A stretch of 64,000 nucleotides of DNA, from NCBI GenBank assembly GCA_902634455.1, contig CACPKQ010000005.1:302-64301 (forward strand), written 5' to 3'. The translations under genes and the position numbers were made by a program. Every line of letters starts with the position of its first letter. Positions within the stretch are counted from its first letter, which is position 1. Under the pieces are notes generated by a model that saw only the letters and a list, made by a program, of their open reading frames with translations, was not told the DNA's origin and did not search any database. This stretch comes from an uncultured Pelagibacteraceae bacterium. GTDB taxonomy: Bacteria > Pseudomonadota > Alphaproteobacteria > Pelagibacterales > Pelagibacteraceae. Below are positions 8,152-17,483 of this stretch, piece after piece.

Positions 8152-9516
8152 TTAATTAATTCTTACGTTTTGTTTTTTTAATTCTTTTTGTACGTCACTT
8201 AAATTAACATCTTTAAGATTTTTTTTGTTTTTTACAGATATAGCAGCAGCTATACCACCACCTTGACCGGTTACAACACAACAGGCCATATTTCTATTTG
8301 ATGCATGAGCTATTTTATCACCACCAATTGATCTACCTACTACAAGTAAATTAGAAATATTTTTTGGCATAAGAGATCTATATGGAATTTGCATATATCT
8401 ACCAGTTGTTGGTAAAATTAAAACTCCATATCCATCAATAAATTCTGGAAATATACCAATTGAATCCTCAAATCTTCCTTCGTTTCTCACATCCGACTCT
8501 TTCATATTATAATGTGCATCAATTTTTCGAGTATCTCTAATTCCAATTGTCATACCAAAATTTCTTAAACGAGCATTTGAACATCCTGGTGCAAACTTAC
8601 GTAAAGCTTTAATTGCTTGCATTGCTTCTTTACGCCCTTTCATTTCGAAGCGAGTTAAACTGTCTGGATCTGTTCCATCGCATCCTGCAAGATGGACTAA
8701 ATTCATATAAGTTAATTCTCCCGTATCATGCATTGCTCCCCATGTACCTGAGATAGTGTTTAAATCAGATTTTATAATTCCAGCTTGTATAGCTTTTTGA
8801 AATGGTGCTTTTAAAAATGGAGAAAACATTTTGTCTTCCTTGCCACTTGTTTCTACCTCCCATTCTCCTGATGCCCAATCACTATAAGTTTGTGGGTTGT
8901 CTTTAACTTCTTGCATAAATTTCTTTTTATCTACACCAGATAAATGAAACATCACGCTTGCAGCTATCATTTTTTCAACAGCTGTTTTATTAATTGGTGC
9001 CCCAGAGCGATACGCAACATCAGCATCCCCTGTTGCATCAATGATAACTTTTCCCATTATTGCTTCTCTACCAGCTTTGGATTCAACAATGATACCCTTT
9101 ATGGTACTTCCCTCTATTATAGGTGAAACAAAAAAACGATGTAACATTGGTGTTACACCAGAATCTTCAACTAAAGTATCTGCAACTAATTTAAATCTTT
9201 CACTATCAAGCTCGTAACTTGTTGATTGGCTTTCTGGTACAGCAGCATCCATTGATTTAGCTCGTTCTTCAAATTCAAAAGCAATTCCACCAGCTTCGAT
9301 TGTTTTTTCATGTCTATACCAGGCAAAACCTTCAACTCCTACTGCTGTAATATTACCGCCAAAACATCCAAATCTTTCAACAAGAACAACTTTTACGCCT
9401 GTTCTAGCAGCTGCTAATGCGGCTGCTAATCCACCTGGACCAGATCCAACAACTAAAACATCAGTTTCAGTAATTATTTCAATTTTTCTTGAAGGCTCCT
9501 CTATAAATTTTTTCAT
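8152..9516 (-). CDS. FAD-dependent oxidoreductase (FAD_oxidored family)
   Basis: DVLVVGSGPGG dinucleotide fold, IDATGDADVA, GIRDTR, QIPYRSLMP, NLLVVGRSI. Confidence 0.85.
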   Translation of the reverse strand: MKKFIEEPSRKIEIITETDVLVVGSGPGGLAAALAAARTGVKVVLVERFGCFGGNITAVGVEGFAWYRHEKTIEAGGIAFEFEERAKSMDAAVPESQSTSYELDSERFKLVADTLVEDSGVTPMLHRFFVSPIIEGSTIKGIIVESKAGREAIMGKVIIDATGDADVAYRSGAPINKTAVEKMIAASVMFHLSGVDKKKFMQEVKDNPQTYSDWASGEWEVETSGKEDKMFSPFLKAPFQKAIQAGIIKSDLNTISGTWGAMHDTGELTYMNLVHLAGCDGTDPDSLTRFEMKGRKEAMQAIKALRKFAPGCSNARLRNFGMTIGIRDTRKIDAHYNMKESDVRNEGRFEDSIGIFPEFIDGYGVLILPTTGRYMQIPYRSLMPKNISNLLVVGRSIGGDKIAHASNRNMACCVVTGQGGGIAAAISVKNKKNLKDVNLSDVQKELKKQNVRIN

Positions 9517-9521
9517 GAACT

Positions 9522-10514
9522 TTATTTACAATTAACGCAGCATTGATCTACCCAATGATTAGGTGTTACTTCAATTAAACCCATTTCTATATTTCCTTCT
9601 TTACAGTCATGTGTGGGATTAGGACAACGCGTTCTAAAAACACATCCTGAAGGGGGATTCATAGCGCTTGGAATTTCACCAGTAAGTTCAATTGCTTTAG
9701 ATTGTTTTTCTGGATCTATGGAAGGAATAGATGACAATAAAGCCTTTGTATAAGAGTGTTTAGGATTTTTAAACAATTCTTTTGAAGATGCTATCTCAAC
9801 TATATGTCCAAGATACATTACAGCAACCACATCACAAACGTGAGCCACTACACTTAAGTCGTGACTTATAAAAAGATAAGTTAAGTTCAATTCTTTTCTC
9901 AATGACTTTAATAAATTTAGTATATCTGCTTGAATAGACACATCTAACGCCGCAACACTTTCATCTGCTACAATAAATTTAGGGCTGCTCACCAGAGCTC
10001 GTGCGATAGATATTCTTTGACGTTGACCACCAGAAAAAGCGTGTGGAAATCTTCTTAAATGTTCAAGGTTTAATCTGCATTTTGAAGCTATTTCTCTTAC
10101 CCGTTCATCAGTTTCTTCTTTAGATTTAGTAATTTTCATTACTTCCAAAGGTTCAGCAATAATGTCTCTAACGGTCATTCGCGGACTTAAAGCAGCATAA
10201 GGATCTTGAAAAATTAATTGTGCTTTTTTTCTATATTCTTTTAATTCTTGCTTAGAAATTTTTGTTAAATCAAAGTCTTTATTATCATCGTGAAATATAA
10301 CATTTCCAGAACTAATTTTATTTGCGCCGAGTATTGCTCTTCCAAGTGTTGTTTTGCCAGAACCAGATTCTCCTACTAAACCAAAAAAAGATCCCTTTTT
10401 TATTTTAATATTTATATTTTGAACTGCATGAATTTTTTGTTTTTTTGCTAGAAAATTTTCTTGATAGTCAAATTCAACAGATAAATTGTTTACAGAAATT
10501 AGATCATTATTCAT
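9522..10514 (-). CDS. ABC ATP-binding protein, OppF/DppF type
   Basis: GESGSGKT, FSGGQRQR, DE, Cys-rich oligo_HPY C-terminus. Confidence 0.92.
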   Translation of the reverse strand: MNNDLISVNNLSVEFDYQENFLAKKQKIHAVQNINIKIKKGSFFGLVGESGSGKTTLGRAILGANKISSGNVIFHDDNKDFDLTKISKQELKEYRKKAQLIFQDPYAALSPRMTVRDIIAEPLEVMKITKSKEETDERVREIASKCRLNLEHLRRFPHAFSGGQRQRISIARALVSSPKFIVADESVAALDVSIQADILNLLKSLRKELNLTYLFISHDLSVVAHVCDVVAVMYLGHIVEIASSKELFKNPKHSYTKALLSSIPSIDPEKQSKAIELTGEIPSAMNPPSGCVFRTRCPNPTHDCKEGNIEMGLIEVTPNHWVDQCCVNCK

Positions 10515-10520
10515 AATAAA

Positions 10521-11501
10521 TTACCCACAATTCACACAACATTTATCTACCCAGTGTCCCGGTTTTACTTCAATTAATCCCATTGGTGTTTTACCTTCTT
10601 TACATTCATGAGTAGGATTTGGACATCTTGTACGAAAAACACAATTTGAAGGTCTTTCCAACGGACTAGGGATATTTCCAGGAATAGGTTTTAATGGTGC
10701 ATCAAGATTATTAACATCTGGAAGAGCAGCAATTAATCCTTTAGTATATGGGTGTTTAGGGTTTTTTAAAATTTCATTAACTGGTCCCTTTTCAACTATG
10801 CACCCTAAATACATAACAGCAATTTGATCAGCAGTTTGGGCAATGACAGCTAAATCATGGGTAATAAAAATTACGCCCATTTTATATTCTTTAATAATGT
10901 CTTTCATTAGCTTCAAAACTTGTGCTTGAATAGTAACATCTAAGGCAGTTGTTGGTTCATCTGCTAATAATAATTTTGGCATGGTTGATAAAGCCATTGC
11001 AATCATGGCTCTCTGTCTCATTCCTCCCGATAATTCAAAAGCATATTGATTAAATCTTTTTTCTGTATCAGTTATTCCAACCCTTGTTAACATGTCTAAA
11101 GAAATAGATTTTGCTTCTTCCTTTTTAATATTTTTATGTAACAACAATTGCTCGACCATCTGATCACCTATTTTAATAGCAGGCGCAAAACTGGCCATTG
11201 GCTCCTGAAATATCATCGAAACTTTACCACCTCGAATTTTTTTTAAATCTTCCTTAGATGTAAATTTTATTACATTTTCACCATCTATAATTATCTCTGC
11301 ATCTTCGTTATAAATTGTATTACCTGGATTAAGTTGCATTATTGCTTTTGCAGTAACTGATTTTCCAGATCCAGACTCTCCAACAATTCCAAGGACCTCT
11401 CCTTGATTTACTGACAATGAAACATTTTCAACTGCTGTAATTCTACCTTCATCAGTATCAAATTTAACATCTAGATTTTTTATTTTTAATAATTCTTCCA
11501 T
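10521..11501 (-). CDS. ABC ATP-binding protein, OppD/DppD type
   Basis: GESGSGKS, LSGGMRQR, DEPTTALD, HPYT, Cys-rich tail. Confidence 0.92.
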   Translation of the reverse strand: MEELLKIKNLDVKFDTDEGRITAVENVSLSVNQGEVLGIVGESGSGKSVTAKAIMQLNPGNTIYNEDAEIIIDGENVIKFTSKEDLKKIRGGKVSMIFQEPMASFAPAIKIGDQMVEQLLLHKNIKKEEAKSISLDMLTRVGITDTEKRFNQYAFELSGGMRQRAMIAMALSTMPKLLLADEPTTALDVTIQAQVLKLMKDIIKEYKMGVIFITHDLAVIAQTADQIAVMYLGCIVEKGPVNEILKNPKHPYTKGLIAALPDVNNLDAPLKPIPGNIPSPLERPSNCVFRTRCPNPTHECKEGKTPMGLIEVKPGHWVDKCCVNCG

Positions 11502-11504
11502 ATT

Positions 11505-12695
11505 TTATTTATTTGTAATTTTATGAGGATCTGCTGCATCTCTTAGTCCGTCTCCAACAAAGACAAAAGATAATATTAGTACAACTAAAAATATTACAGG
11601 AATAAAGTACCATTGATAATTTAGAAGAACATCAGCAGCTGTTGCATTTTGTAATAATACACCTAATGAGTTAACTGGCTCTCTTAATCCCAAACCGATA
11701 AAACTAAGAGCTGTTTCTGCTAAAAGCATGTAAGGAAAGCTTATAACCAAATCAACTATTATGTAGCTTGTAAAGCTAGGTAAAAGATGTCGTCCAATAA
11801 TATGTGATGATGAAGCTCCACAAAGTTGAGCTGCAAGTACATATTCTTGACTTCTTTCAGCCAATAAATGTGTTCGTACTCTTCTAGCAAGTGTTGGCCA
11901 ATTAATTAACCCTAATAGACATGAGATAAAGAAAAACCTTAACTCTGAACTCCATTCGAGTGGAGCAAAAGCTGCCAAACACATAAACAAAGGTATGGGG
12001 GGTACTGTTCTAACCGCATCGGTAAACATTTGTAAAACACCATCAATCCATCCACCATAATAACCCGAGATACCTCCAATAATTAAAGAAAGGATAAATG
12101 ATATAAAAACACCTAAAGTTCCAACAGCTAAAGAAATGTATATGGCAGCTAAAGTTCTTCCAAATATATCTTTACCGGCCTTGTCGGTACCAAATAAATG
12201 AATACCACCTTTATCCATGCCAAACAAATGCCTATTCATTTTAAAACCAGGCACTTTAAAATCTAAGGCTTCACCTGGTAAATTTATACTGAAATCAAAG
12301 ACTCTGTACTCCCAGCTCTTAACAAAAAAATGCACATACCGCCTTTTCTCTCTATCTTCTTTGTAAACCCATCTAAAATTTGTTTCAGCACTTCTAAATT
12401 TTGTTTGTGTATAAAGAAAAGGTCTAAACGAAAAACCATTTTCATCCCAAAATTTAGGAATTTGTGGTGCGCCATTTTCATATTGTTTATCACGTCCTGC
12501 TATAGTTGGATTGTATGGAGATAAGAAATCTGAAAATAAACCTAAAAAAATTAAAAATATTAAAACAGAGCCAGCTATTTTTGCTGATTTATTTTTAAAA
12601 AAACGTCCTCTAACTAACTGTGCTTGAGTAGCAGTAAAGTAAGCTTCTTTTTTCTTTGAAGCAATTTCTATATTTTTTGTTGTACTAGCTTCCAC
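11505..12695 (-). CDS. ABC permease, OppC/DppC type
   Basis: HLFGTDKAGKDIF, EYVLAAQLCGA (EAA loop), ETALSFIGLG, GDGLRDAADP. Confidence 0.92.
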   Translation of the reverse strand: MEASTTKNIEIASKKKEAYFTATQAQLVRGRFFKNKSAKIAGSVLIFLIFLGLFSDFLSPYNPTIAGRDKQYENGAPQIPKFWDENGFSFRPFLYTQTKFRSAETNFRWVYKEDREKRRYVHFFVKSWEYRVFDFSINLPGEALDFKVPGFKMNRHLFGMDKGGIHLFGTDKAGKDIFGRTLAAIYISLAVGTLGVFISFILSLIIGGISGYYGGWIDGVLQMFTDAVRTVPPIPLFMCLAAFAPLEWSSELRFFFISCLLGLINWPTLARRVRTHLLAERSQEYVLAAQLCGASSSHIIGRHLLPSFTSYIIVDLVISFPYMLLAETALSFIGLGLREPVNSLGVLLQNATAADVLLNYQWYFIPVIFLVVLILSFVFVGDGLRDAADPHKITNK

Positions 12696-13698
12696 CCATT
12701 ACTCCCTTACGAACCCTTGGATCCATTATTGCTAAAATCACATCTGTAACAAAATTTACAAAAACAATTGTAGCTGTTAGCAAAAATATAATAGCACCAG
12801 CTAATTGTTGATCATTTGAACGTGCCAATGCTTCGATTAATAAAGCTCCAGCCTCGGTTAATATTAAAATAAGTGCAACTATAGGAAGTGCACTAAAAAT
12901 TCTATTTAAATCAAATCCGATAGAATTAATAACGGGTCCTAGTGAATGCTTGGCAGGATAACGCCACAACAAAGACATTCCAGAAATACCTCTGGCTCTT
13001 GCTGCCATTACATACAGTTTATCATTTTCATCGAGCATTAAAGCTCTTACTGTTTGAAGAGCAAAAGCGGTTGCATTCCAACCTAAAACAAATATCGGCA
13101 ACCATGCTCTACTTAAAAAATCTTTAACTCTATCTGCAGACCAAGGAACGTTTTCATATTCTTCAGAAAATAAACCTGTCATTGTGTCTCCGTAAAAATA
13201 AGTCATAAAAAGCATAATACAGAGAGCGACCAAAAAATTAGGTAAGGCAATACCTAAATAACTTATAAATTTTAATGACTCGTCAACAACCTTATATTTG
13301 GTCGTGGCCGAAATTATTCCGACCGGTATAGCTATTAAATATGATAAAAGTAATGCGGTTATTGATATAATTAAAGATAAGGAAAACCGTCCACTTAAAA
13401 GTTCATTAATATTCATTCTTAAAATACAACTGTTGCCAAATTCTCCTTTAAAAGCAATGTCAGTTACCCATTTACCGTATCTATATAAAAAAGGTTTATC
13501 TAGACCCAATCGAACTTTTTCAGCTTCAATGTCTTCGTAAGTAATTTGGGAACCTTGTGTGTTTTTAAAAGCTAAATACCTTTCAGCGCAAGTACCGGGA
13601 ACAAGCTCCATTAATGAAAAAACTATAAAACAAACAATCAATAATGTGATAATTGCTAAGAAAAATCTTGTTAATGTAAATTGTATAAAATTAATCAT
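12685..13698 (-). CDS. ABC permease, OppB/DppB type
   Basis: LGLDKP, LPNF, YVMAARARG, C-terminal DPRVR. Confidence 0.92.
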   Translation of the reverse strand: MINFIQFTLTRFFLAIITLLIVCFIVFSLMELVPGTCAERYLAFKNTQGSQITYEDIEAEKVRLGLDKPFLYRYGKWVTDIAFKGEFGNSCILRMNINELLSGRFSLSLIISITALLLSYLIAIPVGIISATTKYKVVDESLKFISYLGIALPNFLVALCIMLFMTYFYGDTMTGLFSEEYENVPWSADRVKDFLSRAWLPIFVLGWNATAFALQTVRALMLDENDKLYVMAARARGISGMSLLWRYPAKHSLGPVINSIGFDLNRIFSALPIVALILILTEAGALLIEALARSNDQQLAGAIIFLLTATIVFVNFVTDVILAIMDPRVRKGVMGGS

Positions 13699-13749
13699 AC
13701 TTATCCATTATTAATGTAACTTAAATTATAGATTAACTAAAAAAAAAAT

Positions 13750-13777
13750 AAAAGCGGCAATTTTCATTGCCGCTTTT
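13750..13777 (-). terminator. Rho-independent terminator/attenuator between the SBP and permease genes
   Basis: AAAAGCGGCAA-ttttca-TTGCCGCTTTT hairpin followed by a T-run on the minus strand. Confidence 0.8.
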
Positions 13778-13809
13778 TAAATTATATATTTTTACTAAAC
13801 TTAACCTAA

Positions 13810-15873
13810 TTACCTTTTAGCATCTGCTAACCACCATTGTGGAGCAAGATACGGATAAGTTCTGTAATACTCATAAGAAACAGTTTGGAAATCTGCAAAA
13901 TTTCTCAAAGCATCTCTGTGGTATGCTGGGAAAGGAGCTTTAACTGTTCCTATAAACAGTGAACTCTCAGTCAATATTTTTGCTATTTTAGCACCCCATT
14001 TATTTGACTCAGGAGTACCTGCTTCATATGACTGGAACTTGTCAATTCCTTCCATTGAGTCGTAAACCCATTTTGGAGGTTTAACACCTTCAGCACCATT
14101 ACTATCAACATAAGCAGCCCACTCTAAACCTTGAGTATGGTTAAAATAGTTACCAAACGGAGGTTTGAAAGTTTCTGGGTCTCCTAAAACGATAGCTAAA
14201 GGTTGACCTTTATCCCAAACGTGTACATCAAGTTTATTTGCTGCTTGAGAGCCTCTGTATTCATCAGGAGTAACTTCTTTGAAAGCAGTTTTAATTCCTA
14301 CTTCACTCCAATGTCTTGCAACAAGTTCAACTTCAACACCACCAATTCCTTGAGTAGCGTAATCAATGTTGATTGCTAAAGGAGCTCCACTAGGAAGATC
14401 TCTAAAGCCATCACCATTAGCATCTTTAACTCCTACTTCATCAAGCCAAGCTTTTGCTTGAGCTGGATCGTATTGAGTCATGTATGTTTTTAACGCTGGA
14501 TCAACAAAGTCAGGCGCTGGTGAGAAACCAACAAACTGTTCTACAGTACCCATTCCATAATAAGCAACTTCATTTATCTCATTACGATTGATCGCAACAG
14601 ACATTGCTTGACGGAATTTTTTGTTACCGTAAACAGATCTTTTTTCCTCATCAGGATGATTAACGTTAAAGCTGAATAAAGCAGCTCCACATCCAGGTTT
14701 AATTTGAACATTATACTTACCTTTATCTTTTCCATCTAATAATTGAGGAACAGATTCAAGCTGAACAGATTGAGCTTTGTAGTCAACTTCTCCATTAACA
14801 AGTTTTAAAATTCTTATTTCTTTTTCGTTAATGTATCTCTCATTCTGGTAGTCAACATAAGGTAATTGGTTTCCTGCAGTATCAACCATATGGAAATATG
14901 GATTAGCCGCATACACCCTTCCTTCAGTAGTATCTTCTATTGTCATAAAAGCTTCCAAAGATGGGTAAGCTGCATATGGTAGATTTTTTACTAACGTAGG
15001 ATTTGCCAACATAGGTGTTGGTGTATCAGTCCAACCTGAGTTTCCATAATAAGCTTTTAAAGCATCATAACCATCTTTAAATCCAAGTTTCTGAGCATTT
15101 GCATCAGCTTTTGAATCTAATTTTGGATGAAATTGTTTTAGGAAATGTTCAGGAATGAAAGCTTGATTGTATGACCAAGCTATTGTAGCTAAAAATCCTG
15201 GCATTGGAGCCGGAAGATTAAATCTAACTTCTTGATCATTCACCACATCTACAGTTGCTGGTTTTCCACCAATTAGCAAGTAAGGATAAGGTTTCTCTCT
15301 TATCTTTGGATCCATCATCATATCTTCATACCAAAACTCAACGTCTCTTGCTGTAAAAGGTTCTCCATTTGACCATTTGTGACCTTTTCTTAAATAAAAA
15401 GTAAGTTGCGTAAAATCACTATTCCATTTGTAATCTTTTGCAACGTTAGGAACGATAGTTGATAAGTCGTCATCAAAACGAACTAGGTTTACATGACGTG
15501 TTGATAACATGTCAGATGTTCCTGCTTCAGTTGCGTTAGATAAAAACTTAAGTGTTCCACCGTATTTACCAATAGAATCATATGGTACAACTACTAAAGG
15601 CTCTTTTGGAAGACGACTTTTAACGCCTTTCAATTTAGAATTTCCTTGAATTGTATCATTGATACTTTTGATATTAGGATTTTCAGAAAATTTCATTTTG
15701 CAGCCTGCTGCCTTTTCATATTCTGAAAGTTCGTATTGTTGTGGATATTTCCCTCCAGCGACACCTTTGGTATCTTTCATTGTGATACCTGTGCAATCTG
15801 CAGCAAAAGAACTCGTGCTAAAGCCTGCAACTAGAAAAGAAAATGCAACAATTTTCACTAATAATTTCTTCAT
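13810..15873 (-). CDS. Family-5 (Opp/Dpp-like) solute-binding protein, subgroup often associated with oligosaccharides
   Basis: Signal peptide MKKLLVK...SFA-A, RLPKEPLVVVP...GKYGGTL, LRKGHKWSNGEPFTARDV, GNQLPYVD; AAGGAG RBS before ATG 15873. Confidence 0.9.
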   Translation of the reverse strand: MKKLLVKIVAFSFLVAGFSTSSFAADCTGITMKDTKGVAGGKYPQQYELSEYEKAAGCKMKFSENPNIKSINDTIQGNSKLKGVKSRLPKEPLVVVPYDSIGKYGGTLKFLSNATEAGTSDMLSTRHVNLVRFDDDLSTIVPNVAKDYKWNSDFTQLTFYLRKGHKWSNGEPFTARDVEFWYEDMMMDPKIREKPYPYLLIGGKPATVDVVNDQEVRFNLPAPMPGFLATIAWSYNQAFIPEHFLKQFHPKLDSKADANAQKLGFKDGYDALKAYYGNSGWTDTPTPMLANPTLVKNLPYAAYPSLEAFMTIEDTTEGRVYAANPYFHMVDTAGNQLPYVDYQNERYINEKEIRILKLVNGEVDYKAQSVQLESVPQLLDGKDKGKYNVQIKPGCGAALFSFNVNHPDEEKRSVYGNKKFRQAMSVAINRNEINEVAYYGMGTVEQFVGFSPAPDFVDPALKTYMTQYDPAQAKAWLDEVGVKDANGDGFRDLPSGAPLAINIDYATQGIGGVEVELVARHWSEVGIKTAFKEVTPDEYRGSQAANKLDVHVWDKGQPLAIVLGDPETFKPPFGNYFNHTQGLEWAAYVDSNGAEGVKPPKWVYDSMEGIDKFQSYEAGTPESNKWGAKIAKILTESSLFIGTVKAPFPAYHRDALRNFADFQTVSYEYYRTYPYLAPQWWLADAKR

Positions 15874-15996
15874 TATTGTCTCCTTATTGTTATTCTTTAA
15901 AACGATATTTAATTTCAATTTTGAGCAAAAGTAAACGTGAGTTAAAATTAATTTCAATCTATAATTGCAATGGTTGACTTAAAAGTATAATTTTTA

Positions 15997-17400
15997 TTAA
16001 TTTTTTTCAACCTGTCGTTTAAAGTCAAATATTTCAATACCTAGTAATTTTAATTGATTATTAACCACATATAAAAAAATTATTAATGACAAGTAATTAA
16101 TGGTCAAAATTCCAAACCATAATCCTTGTAAATCATAGTTTAAATAAAAACATAAAAACCAAAATATAATAGAAGCACCCAAAACTTCTTTAAAAAAACT
16201 AATAAAAGTTGTGTATATAGGTTTTTTAAGACCTTGCATTAATGAAATCGAAATTTGTAAAGCTGTAAATGCAGGGATAAATAATGCTGAAATTTTAAGG
16301 TAATAAGATCCAATTTGAATAACATTTATATCATCTGTAAATATTTTCATTAAAAGATTAGATCCAAAAAAAATGACAAAACCCCCTATTATCATCATAA
16401 TCAAACCATATTTCATACAAACTAAATAACTTTCTTTAATACGATCATATTTCATTGCACCAAAATTCTGACCAGTTAAAGAAAGACAAGCAAAATGCAA
16501 ACCAATTGCTGGTAATAAAATTATTTGCTCTATACGAAGGGCAATTCCATAAGCAGCTACTGAACTGCTGCTTGTATCTTGTGTTGGAAAAAAGGACGCA
16601 AAAAAAGTAATAATAAAAAAACCTGATGCAATACATAATGTATTTAATGATGCTGGAAATGCTTGTGTGATAATGTCTTTTTGATATTTAAATTTTGGAA
16701 TAAAATCATCGAAAGAAATATCTTCAAAGTAATTAGTAATTTTTTTTAATCTATAAAAAACATAAATTGTAGCAATAAATTCTGCTATAATAGTTGCGTA
16801 AGCAATTCCTTTAATACCCATAGGAGGAATTGGTCCAAAACCATAAATAAGGAGTGGATCTAAAACTAAATTTACAAAAAAACCAATTATAAAAACATTA
16901 GCGTAAGTTTTTGTATCACCAACTGCATTTAAACCAGCTGTAGGAGTAGAATCTAAGATAATGAAAGTACATCCCCAAAAAATAATATTCATATATTGTA
17001 CTGCAAAATTAAAATATTCACCTTCTGCACTTAAAAGTTTAAATAAGTATGGAATTGACAAAAGACCAATTATCATAATTACAATGGAAGCTATGACGGA
17101 AAAACTAATTGTCTGTAATAAATATTTTTTTGCCAGCTGTTTGTTTCCTGAACCTTCGGCATTAGCAATTAATGCAGTTGCACCTTCACGGGTTCCACGA
17201 GAAATTGTAATAATCATCATATACATTGGAAAAGATATAGTAATGGCTGCTACTGCTATAGAACTTATTTTTGAAGCAAAATAAGTGTCAACCACATTAA
17301 ACATTGTATGAAAAAAAAATCCAACACTCACTGGTACTGCCATTTTTATAGCCAACTTTGAAATTGAGTCTTCTGTAAGGTTTAATTTTTGATTTTTCAT
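15997..17400 (-). CDS. MATE-family transporter
   Basis: FNVVDTYF, LDPLLI, MGIKGIAYAT, GQNFGA; about 12 TM; likely start ATG 17400. Confidence 0.88.
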   Translation of the reverse strand: MKNQKLNLTEDSISKLAIKMAVPVSVGFFFHTMFNVVDTYFASKISSIAVAAITISFPMYMMIITISRGTREGATALIANAEGSGNKQLAKKYLLQTISFSVIASIVIMIIGLLSIPYLFKLLSAEGEYFNFAVQYMNIIFWGCTFIILDSTPTAGLNAVGDTKTYANVFIIGFFVNLVLDPLLIYGFGPIPPMGIKGIAYATIIAEFIATIYVFYRLKKITNYFEDISFDDFIPKFKYQKDIITQAFPASLNTLCIASGFFIITFFASFFPTQDTSSSSVAAYGIALRIEQIILLPAIGLHFACLSLTGQNFGAMKYDRIKESYLVCMKYGLIMMIIGGFVIFFGSNLLMKIFTDDINVIQIGSYYLKISALFIPAFTALQISISLMQGLKKPIYTTFISFFKEVLGASIIFWFLCFYLNYDLQGLWFGILTINYLSLIIFLYVVNNQLKLLGIEIFDFKRQVEKN

Positions 17401-17483
17401 TAGATTTTTTAATAGATTATACTTTTTCAAACATATTACTATGCAAACATTAATTTTTGATTTAATTTTATTATTATTTAAAG

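Noticed and set aside
15874-15957. 28-aa N-terminal extension of the SBP in the ORF track
   Set aside because: The RBS and signal peptide place the start at 15873.
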